IMG/VR virus record: IMGVR_UViG_3300031867_000045
Coordinates: 1-64,000 of that record
DNA length: 64,000 nucleotides
Source: a virus
Strand: one strand, 5' to 3'
Positions 56,393 to 64,000 of this stretch are shown one piece after another; position 1 is the first letter of the stretch; the number at the start of each line of letters is the position of its first letter. The notes below the pieces were generated by a model. It made no database searches and was not told the origin of the DNA. It saw only the letters and a program-made list of their open reading frames with translations. The position numbers were made by a program, and so were the translations under genes.

Positions 56393-57502
56393 ATGAAGAC
56401 TACATTTGAATTAAACAATCAGCGTAAGGACGCGGATTATATTAGCAATACTCAGCTAAACAAATTCTCTCCCGTATCAGAAGTTTTCTCTGCTATGGTT
56501 GATGGTAAAAGCCTGTCAAGCCTAAATCTTGGCGCAAAGGCTGACGCTGCTGTTTCTTACATTAAGAAACTTGGCGAGCGTGCAGAGAACGGCGACTTCG
56601 GTGCTGTTGCAGAGCTGAACACTCTGAGACGCTTCTACATCGAGCAGCCTGTTCTTGATGAAATCAAACTGTTGAGCATTTTTGGTACATATAAGGGTCT
56701 TGGTTATGAGGATTCTATCGAGCGTGTAATTCGTAAGCACGTTGGCGAGCGTTCTCGTAAGCAAGCAGCTATTGGCGACACTGTGTTCCCTGCAATCGTT
56801 GAGGAAAGATACCCTGTCGGTACACAGACCATCTCTGGTGGTTATGCTATTGATTACCGCAGAGTTGCACTTGGCGATATGACAACCGAGAACGAGGGTC
56901 TGGCTATGGTTAAGACCGACATTCAGAACAATGCTCTGCTTTATGTTGTTGATAAGGTTTACAAGGCTATCAAGGCGGCTACTGGCGTTAAGTGTTTCTT
57001 GGAATGCGATAACGGTCTGGTTAAGAACGATGTTGATGGCGTTATTAAGGACGTTCGTAAGTTTGGTCATACTACCGTTCTTGGTGAGTATGGTTTCGTT
57101 TCTCAGTTCAATGGCTGGGCTGGTTACACTGGTTCATCTCCCGCTATTAATGGTATTTCTGAGAAGGCTATGAATGAAATCGCAGCTACCGGTCTGATTG
57201 GCAACTACAATGGTACTACCATTAAGGAAATCCCTAATCCTTACAATGAGTTAGCTTTGAATGAGGCTGGTACTAATTTCGAGACTATGCTACCTGCTGG
57301 TCTTGGTTTCGTTCTTCCCGCTAATGCTCAGTCTCCGATTGCTACTTGGACTCGTGGCGGTCTGACTTCATTTACTGGTAACAATGTTGAGACTGGTAAG
57401 ATCATGACCCGTTTTGATCTTGAAGTTGCTGCTGATGTGGCAAAAGGTCAAGAGTACAAGATTGGCGTTATCTACGATAAGGGTCTTGGCGGTTTAGACT
57501 AA
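56393..57502 (+). CDS. major capsid protein (by position, codon usage and terminator)
   Basis: 369 aa; strongly biased GGT/GCT/GTT/ACT codon usage typical of highly expressed genes; followed by the strongest terminator in the window. Confidence 0.5.
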   Translation: MKTTFELNNQRKDADYISNTQLNKFSPVSEVFSAMVDGKSLSSLNLGAKADAAVSYIKKLGERAENGDFGAVAELNTLRRFYIEQPVLDEIKLLSIFGTYKGLGYEDSIERVIRKHVGERSRKQAAIGDTVFPAIVEERYPVGTQTISGGYAIDYRRVALGDMTTENEGLAMVKTDIQNNALLYVVDKVYKAIKAATGVKCFLECDNGLVKNDVDGVIKDVRKFGHTTVLGEYGFVSQFNGWAGYTGSSPAINGISEKAMNEIAATGLIGNYNGTTIKEIPNPYNELALNEAGTNFETMLPAGLGFVLPANAQSPIATWTRGGLTSFTGNNVETGKIMTRFDLEVAADVAKGQEYKIGVIYDKGLGGLD

Positions 57503-57535
57503 TCAAGAAATATCTCGAACGGTATTTTTTATTTA

Positions 57536-57575
57536 GTTTACTAATGGTTTGGGCGGTTTTCCTTAAACCGCCCTT
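57536..57575 (+). terminator. rho-independent terminator after the capsid gene
   Basis: gggcggttttccttaaaccgccc stem followed by tttatt; a degenerate motif copy (TCAAGAAATATCTCGAACGG) lies just upstream. Confidence 0.7.
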
Positions 57576-57830
57576 TATTATATATTCGCAGGAGAGAAAA
57601 CAATGAAAAATAATGATAATTATTATTGCTATTCCTTGCGACAATTTCATTTTATCTCTGCGTTTGGCGAGCGTTGTTACGTGTCTAAGATCAATTCTGT
57701 TAGTAAAAACAGATATTGGATTTTTAAAAAATCGGAACGTTTAGATAGGATTATTCAGCTCTATAATGAGTGCAAACATAAAATTTAGTTGAAATCTCAA
57801 AAATAATAATTGAAACGAGGTATTTGAAAT

Positions 57831-58373
57831 ATGGCAGGAAAAAGTACAACAAGAAGTAACACTTCAACTACTACAAAGGCAACATCGGAAACCCCTAAAA
57901 CCACAAAGAAAATTGATTTGGAAAACATAAATCTCGACGAGAGAGTAACGGTCAAAAATTTGGCTGGATGGAGAGTTTCATTTAATATGACGCAAGATAA
58001 GGGTTCGGTTTCATTCGCACCAAATGGAGTACAGCGTGTAACTCGTAACGAAATTGCCGCACAAGTAAACAACGGACTGAAATTGTTTGTCGGCAACGAT
58101 GGAGATGGCAGTCACCCAACTCTTTATATTGATGACGAAGCAACTCGTCGTTATGTTGGTTTTGAAACAGATGACACAGAACAAATTGTAGTGAATGACG
58201 CTCTTATTAAAAAGATTTATAATTTGCCATTTGAGGATTTCAAAGCAAAACTATCTTATTATATTACAACCAGAGCGGAAAAACTCGCTTTGATCGAAAC
58301 TATTAAAAGGTTGAATTTAGATAGTTATACAAAGAACAGATATGCTATGGAGTATTCTGGATTCCCGATGTAA
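57831..58373 (+). CDS. hypothetical structural protein
   Basis: 180 aa; Ser/Thr-rich N-terminus; in the structural operon. Confidence 0.4.
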   Translation: MAGKSTTRSNTSTTTKATSETPKTTKKIDLENINLDERVTVKNLAGWRVSFNMTQDKGSVSFAPNGVQRVTRNEIAAQVNNGLKLFVGNDGDGSHPTLYIDDEATRRYVGFETDDTEQIVVNDALIKKIYNLPFEDFKAKLSYYITTRAEKLALIETIKRLNLDSYTKNRYAMEYSGFPM

Positions 58374-58386
58374 TTAGAAAGGAAAG

Positions 58387-58782
58387 GTGCTTATGAATAC
58401 AACCGCGCAAGAAGTATTTGACAGTTTTGAGTCATCATTCCAAGATAAAGTTGTTATTCCGGAGGCACTTGAACTGATTTGGTTGAAGAAAGCCATCGGC
58501 AGATATTCTGTCGAGCTTGACCCCCTCACATTTGATTCCGAGAGTGGGGAATTTGACGGCGAGATCGGTCAATATGTAATTGATACACTTGCCGCTTTTA
58601 TGAAGCAATATTATCAAGAACGTGAAGTTTCCAGAATAAATAAACAAGTTTCTATTTCAAGTAAAGATGTCAGTATTAACGGCGGACAAGGTGCTAAGGC
58701 TGCGGCAAAAAGTGAACTTGATTATTGTGAGAATCAAAGCATACAAATGTTAGCCAATCAAAAACCAACGGCTTATGACTAA
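58387..58782 (+). CDS. hypothetical protein (head-tail connector region)
   Basis: 131 aa in the structural operon. Confidence 0.35.
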   Translation: MLMNTTAQEVFDSFESSFQDKVVIPEALELIWLKKAIGRYSVELDPLTFDSESGEFDGEIGQYVIDTLAAFMKQYYQEREVSRINKQVSISSKDVSINGGQGAKAAAKSELDYCENQSIQMLANQKPTAYD

Positions 58783-58794
58783 GGCGGTGGTTGA

Positions 58795-59877
58795 ATGGCA
58801 GAACAATGGTACTTGATAAACTCTAATCACGATACAGTTAGTGGTTTTGAAAGTGATGATTTTGATTATTATACACAAGATGCTTTTCGAGAGGCTTTAG
58901 AGTCGTCTTTAGGTGATGATATTAAAATCTGTCGTTACGACATGGAGGTATTGACCTCAACAAGAGCCATTCCTATAGGCGGAGTTTCAGATACGAAACT
59001 AAAATCGACCACAAGGCAATTACTTCTACCTATCGGCACTTGTCAAGCTGGTCAATACATCTATTACGAAGATAAATATTGGCTTATCGTAAATTACGTT
59101 GACAACAACAAGGTATATGAAAAAGCAATAATTTATCTATGTAATTATTTATTATCTTGGAAAAACATAAGTGGAGATGTGATTCAACGATGGGTTAGTC
59201 TTACTTCCGCTTCTCAATATAATAATGGTGAAACAGGCGACAAAACATATGTTGTACGGAGCGACCAGCTAATGGTATTGACTCCTGATGACGACGAGTG
59301 TTTATTAATGCCACACAATCAAAGAGTTATTATAGATAGGCGTTGCGAAATTTATGAACGCAATTATTTGGATCAACTCAAAGCAGGAGAAAAGTTCAAT
59401 TTAATGGTTTATAAACTCACACGACTTGATAACGTAATTTACAACTATCAAGGTAGTGGTCATTCCGAATTTATGGCTACACAAACCGAGCAAGGCGAAA
59501 ATGATGGATATTGCGAAATTGACGAACAATGGTATTGGCTTTGTGCCGAATCCGACAACGAAAATCCGCCGATCCCCCCTACCCCATCTGAACAGTATTG
59601 TTCAATTTTGTGTGATGAACCAATTATTTATGTTGGTTTGGAATCTACGATATTTACCGCAAAATTCTATGGTTCTGACGGAAAAGAAAACTACTTGATA
59701 CCACAATGGGAAATTAACTGTGATTTTGTTGACAAACTCAATGTTAAGTATACTAATTCTGCGATTATTATTTCTGTCGATGACGAGAAATTAATAAATA
59801 ATTCGTTTGAGTTATTATTAAATGCTGATAATTATGAGTCCGATTCAATAACAGTTAAGATTAAAGAGTTCATTTGA
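58795..59877 (+). CDS. hypothetical structural protein
   Basis: 360-aa ORF. Confidence 0.4.
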   Translation: MAEQWYLINSNHDTVSGFESDDFDYYTQDAFREALESSLGDDIKICRYDMEVLTSTRAIPIGGVSDTKLKSTTRQLLLPIGTCQAGQYIYYEDKYWLIVNYVDNNKVYEKAIIYLCNYLLSWKNISGDVIQRWVSLTSASQYNNGETGDKTYVVRSDQLMVLTPDDDECLLMPHNQRVIIDRRCEIYERNYLDQLKAGEKFNLMVYKLTRLDNVIYNYQGSGHSEFMATQTEQGENDGYCEIDEQWYWLCAESDNENPPIPPTPSEQYCSILCDEPIIYVGLESTIFTAKFYGSDGKENYLIPQWEINCDFVDKLNVKYTNSAIIISVDDEKLINNSFELLLNADNYESDSITVKIKEFI

Positions 59878-59889
59878 GGAGGCGTATTT

Positions 59890-60381
59890 ATGGCTGTTGA
59901 AATTGCGACAATAAAAGCTCGCGGAAAGTACAAGCGTAAATTAAACGCTGCTCTAATTAATTATGAACCAATCAAGACTTTATTGCTTGGCGATATTAAA
60001 GATAAATCAGCGAAAGAGATACGCAATCTATTTAAAAAGCACGTTAAATCTCATTTATATATAGACGATACAGTAACCGAACAAGATTCCTATATCTTTT
60101 ATGATGTAATAATTCCCAAAATACACAATAGCACCAAAGAGTGCAAAATAATGGTTTATGCCCTATGCCATAAAGACATTATAGATAATTACGAACAAGA
60201 TGGCTATTACGGAAATCGTGTAGACATTTTATCGGAAATGATTGAAGATTGTTTGATCTATAATGAAAAAATCTCGCGTGATTTCGGAATCGGAGAAATA
60301 ACGCTTGATGGCATGGACGTATTTCGATCAAATACTCTATATGGTTATATCTTGAAATTTGTAGTCGAGGATTTCAGATAA
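59890..60381 (+). CDS. hypothetical protein
   Basis: 163-aa ORF. Confidence 0.35.
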   Translation: MAVEIATIKARGKYKRKLNAALINYEPIKTLLLGDIKDKSAKEIRNLFKKHVKSHLYIDDTVTEQDSYIFYDVIIPKIHNSTKECKIMVYALCHKDIIDNYEQDGYYGNRVDILSEMIEDCLIYNEKISRDFGIGEITLDGMDVFRSNTLYGYILKFVVEDFR

Positions 60382-61199
60382 TGAAACTTGATTATGGCAC
60401 TCGGATAAGTTATTCCCCGATTGGTCTACCATTTGGATTGATCCGCAAGCCAACGCTTGAAGAATGTACTACATATCCGATGTCTTTTGAGAAATTTAAT
60501 TCTTATGAATCGATGCTGTTATTGACGCCCGATTTGTTTTTTACAGAGATTGCTAAAGAAGACGTGAAAGAAACATGGTTATCTTTAGCAGAAGAAGAAC
60601 GGGATAAAATGACGCTCTATGATTTAATTACTCTTTATTCGGAACTTGCCAAAGAGTATGAGGAAATTTTCGATTTCTTTTTTATTGAAAAAGTAATATA
60701 TGAAAATGGCATATTCTTTGTTATTGATCCAAATAAAGATATAACCAAATCGCAAGTGGTCGAAAAAGATATACATGGGTTTATTGGGAGAAAAGAATTT
60801 GACATCACATTGAGCGTATTACGACAGATATGCTGTATAGGTAAAGAAGAAGTTTCTGTAGAGGAAATGAAATTCAAGAATGAATTTCAAAAAAATTTAT
60901 ATTTGAAATATTTGAAAGACAAAGAGGAAGAAGAAAAAAAGCAAAAAAAGACTAAGCAAGATAACAAAATGCTTCTTTCAAACATCATTTCTGCGGTAGC
61001 AAATAAACATAATTCATTAAATTATATAAACATATGGAAATTAACAGTGTTCCAGTTGTTTGATACTTTTGAACGTTTACAAGCTAACGCTTACTATGAT
61101 ATAGGTGCCACGAGGACATCTGTATGGGGTGATGAAAAGAAAGTTTTTGAATCTTCCCTTTGGTACAAGAATCATTATGAAGACAATAAGTCGGTTTAA
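60381..61199 (+). CDS. hypothetical protein
   Basis: 272 aa; start overlaps the upstream stop (ATAATG). Confidence 0.35.
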   Translation: MKLDYGTRISYSPIGLPFGLIRKPTLEECTTYPMSFEKFNSYESMLLLTPDLFFTEIAKEDVKETWLSLAEEERDKMTLYDLITLYSELAKEYEEIFDFFFIEKVIYENGIFFVIDPNKDITKSQVVEKDIHGFIGRKEFDITLSVLRQICCIGKEEVSVEEMKFKNEFQKNLYLKYLKDKEEEEKKQKKTKQDNKMLLSNIISAVANKHNSLNYINIWKLTVFQLFDTFERLQANAYYDIGATRTSVWGDEKKVFESSLWYKNHYEDNKSV

Positions 61200-61245
61200 C
61201 AACCGGCTTATTTTTATATAACAAAATTTATAAGGAGGATTTACA

Positions 61246-62031
61246 ATGTTCAAGAACAAGGCAAATAGAGAAGTTTGTAATGTTCAAATTTTGGATTACA
61301 AGACTAAAGCACCTTATATGGAGTATAAACTTGCTAATACAACCGGACTGAACATTTCTTCTGATTCTGTTTATGCTATGGGTCATGGTTCACGCCAGAT
61401 CGCTTTCCAGAATCCGTTAGAGGGCACCGTTACTATTGAGGCGCAAGTTGTTCCATTTAAGGTATATGCACTTTATTCTGACGGTATCATTGACAGTAAG
61501 GCTGACTGCTACACCAGAGCCACTATCAAGTGTGCTACCGCTGACGAACTGCCTTTGGCTGTTTCTGATGGTACTATTGTAGAGGGTACTGTTTTCGTTT
61601 ACCCGAAAGATCAGTTTGGTGGTACACCTATTGCCGCTACATATTCAAGCACAACTCATAAGATTACTCCTGCTGATTCTGCTACAGGTGTATTTGCGGT
61701 AAATACAGAATATGAAGTTGGATTTCTGTTGACTCGTGAGCAGGGAGTTCAGAGCGTTGCACTTAATAACGCACGTCTGCCTAAAGATGTTATTATTTAT
61801 ATGGACACCTTTGATAAGGCTGATGATGGTACAATCGTGCCGTTCCGCATTACCATTAAGAAAGCAACGATTCAGAGAAATCTTGATTTGTCATTCAGCT
61901 CTGAGGGCGATCCTCAGTCTATAACTCTGACATTTGATGTTTTAGAGCAGGATAAGAATAACTTTATCGAGATCACTGAGATCACTGAGGACGTCACTAT
62001 CAACCCTACCACTGAGCAAACCACTCCCTGA
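61246..62031 (+). CDS. major tail (tube) protein candidate
   Basis: 261 aa; high-expression codon bias like the capsid gene; strong RBS; followed by a terminator at 62048-62085. Confidence 0.4.
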   Translation: MFKNKANREVCNVQILDYKTKAPYMEYKLANTTGLNISSDSVYAMGHGSRQIAFQNPLEGTVTIEAQVVPFKVYALYSDGIIDSKADCYTRATIKCATADELPLAVSDGTIVEGTVFVYPKDQFGGTPIAATYSSTTHKITPADSATGVFAVNTEYEVGFLLTREQGVQSVALNNARLPKDVIIYMDTFDKADDGTIVPFRITIKKATIQRNLDLSFSSEGDPQSITLTFDVLEQDKNNFIEITEITEDVTINPTTEQTTP

Positions 62032-62047
62032 TAGCTAATTTCGTTAA

Positions 62048-62085
62048 GAAATAAGACCACCACGATAATGTGGTGGTCTTTAGTT
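62048..62085 (+). terminator. rho-independent terminator
   Basis: aagaccaccacgataatgtggtggtcttt hairpin followed by T-rich sequence. Confidence 0.65.
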
Positions 62086-62692
62086 GATAGGAGGTTTTTA
62101 TGATTCAGAAATGTTTGGTCACAATCAATAACGAAGCTGTGACCGTAGTGAAATATGGCGAGGGGTTCATTCAATTTCCGTCAATCCATAAAGAAGCGGA
62201 ATACGTATTCGTTGAAGAAAAGAATGGTCGTTATTTTGTAGTGGACGAGCCGAAACAAATTGATGAAACTCCCGTAGAGAAAAAAGAAGAAAAAGAAACA
62301 ACCAAAAAGAAAAGCACAAAAAGGACAAAGAGATAATTTGACAATGCTTGGAGTTGTATGATGTTAGTTAAACCATTAGGGAAAGACCTTACGGCTTCAA
62401 ACACAATTAAGAGTCTTTCCCTTTGTTTTTGCGCTTTTTGGATAGGAGAAAGAAATGAATAAAATTCAATTTAGTTCGCTCGAAGAAGTGTTCGAGTGTT
62501 ATGGGCGCGGCAATCTGATCCCTATTGCGAACTTAGAGCAGATCATTGAATATACCGCTCATGGTTGTCAGCCCAAGTATATTTGTGAAAATGAGGTAAA
62601 GCCCGGCAAATTAACGTGTTGGTTTAGTAAAGATGAAACCGCATACGTGTATAGGAAATGGCTTGAAAAGAAAGCTAAAGAGGGCAAATTAA

Positions 62693-63214
62693 ATGGCTAA
62701 GATAAATCAGGGCAAGAAATTTGAAACCAATTTTTCAAAATCTGTTCCTGATTATGCTTTATTATATCGAATTGCAGATTCCGCACAGTCTTTCGGCGGC
62801 GGAAATTTGCGGTTTAGTAATCGAAATCCATTTGATTATATATTGTTCGATTCGCATAAACACATTTTATATGCGCTTGAATTAAAAACAATAGAGAGCG
62901 GTTCAATACCTTTTGATAGAAAACCAGAAGATAAAAATGGTAAAATCCATTATCACCAGATAATGGGATTGAATAAATGGGCTGAATACGATGGAATTAT
63001 TGCAGCATTAATAATTGAATTTCGTGATATTGAAAAAACGGTGTTTATTCGTATAGAAGATTTTAACAAACTTATGGACGTTATTCCAAAACGTAGTTTT
63101 AGATATGATGATTTACAAAAATACAATATCCCATATACGCCCATTGACCAAGTTAAGAAAAAGGTAAACTACAAGTATTTTGTAGACGCTCTATTAGAAT
63201 CTATCACACTTTAA
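62693..63214 (+). CDS. hypothetical protein
   Basis: 173-aa ORF. Confidence 0.35.
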   Translation: MAKINQGKKFETNFSKSVPDYALLYRIADSAQSFGGGNLRFSNRNPFDYILFDSHKHILYALELKTIESGSIPFDRKPEDKNGKIHYHQIMGLNKWAEYDGIIAALIIEFRDIEKTVFIRIEDFNKLMDVIPKRSFRYDDLQKYNIPYTPIDQVKKKVNYKYFVDALLESITL

Positions 63215-64000
63215 CTCTGTTGCGCTCTGTAACGATTTTACGCTTAAAACGTCAAGTTATATTCCTAAAATAAAAATGCAATACAGGGCAATTCTGAGCA
63301 AAATAGGACTATGCTCTTACAAAAGTATAAGAAGGAGATAATATGCAGAAGATTGAAAAGTTTAGAGTAGCATCGGGAGATGTTGCAACTCAAATTTCGG
63401 ATTATTTAGATGATAATTCAGGATCATCAATAGTTGCCTTAACCGCAGTGTTAAATAAAGGCGACGAATATGTTATTGCCGTAGTAGACGACGGAAACTA
63501 ATCTCTTTTTGCCTGTGGATTTCTCTACTGCATTTTTGTATTAAACCTAAGTGTGTTTATATTAAAAACACAAAAATGCAATACAGGGCAAATCTCGGCA
63601 TTTTAGAGGGTGTTAAAAATAGCAATTAAATAATAGTTTTATTTACGAAAGGATTGATAAATGAATGAAGAATCTGAAACTAATTGAATCAGTTAATTTA
63701 TCTACATACGTTCAAGCTGTCAACGAGATCGTTGACGGCTTTTTTGATGAAGACGGAAATTACACACCCCATATCGGACGAGCCAATGCAATAAGTGTAT
63801 TATTCAATTATTTTGTTGACGAGAAATGTATTGATGAATATTTCCCAGAAGACAACATTGATTCTGGCGTGTTACTTGCCGATAAGGATTGTATGATTTT
63901 CTATAATGACGCTTTAATTGGAAACGGTGTATATTTGTTGGATTTTTCTAACGCATACAGTGACGCTTTAGATATTGTAAATACACGCAAAACTTCACTA

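Overview
The window looks like a large, AT-rich (~38% GC) tailed-phage genome segment or prophage with two divergently transcribed blocks. Positions 1-37.6 kb are almost entirely minus-strand genes. They include an integrase, an RNA-repair set (Tpt1/KptA, a Thg1-like guanylyltransferase, a 2H phosphoesterase), a NAD+ salvage cluster (PncA, Prs, NadV, NadE), an SPFH/flotillin protein, a sliding clamp, an orphan MazF/PemK-like toxin, and at least 11 tRNA genes plus a tmRNA, interrupted by a homing endonuclease. Positions 39-64 kb are plus-strand genes. They include a 937-aa protein with an RNAP-like DxDGD motif, a second cluster of 9 tRNAs carrying a GIY-YIG endonuclease, a beta-CASP nuclease, ClpP, an Mre11-like phosphoesterase, an HU-like protein, and a packaging/head/tail module (large terminase, portal, scaffold, major capsid, tail tube) with clear rho-independent terminators. 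The two blocks are separated by a ~1.3 kb non-coding, repeat-dense region at 37.64-38.97 kb. The strongest non-coding signal is a family of at least 14 near-identical promoter cassettes, each pairing a conserved ~20-nt motif (TCAAGAAATATCTCGAAAAG) with a consensus TTGACA-17 bp-TATAAT promoter, a GC hairpin, and a second motif copy at the RBS. There are also two direct-repeat arrays of a 29-bp palindrome (TAATTACTATA-N7-TATAGTAATTA). All protein calls rest on motifs I recognise by eye; no searches were run, and tRNA anticodon calls were folded by hand.
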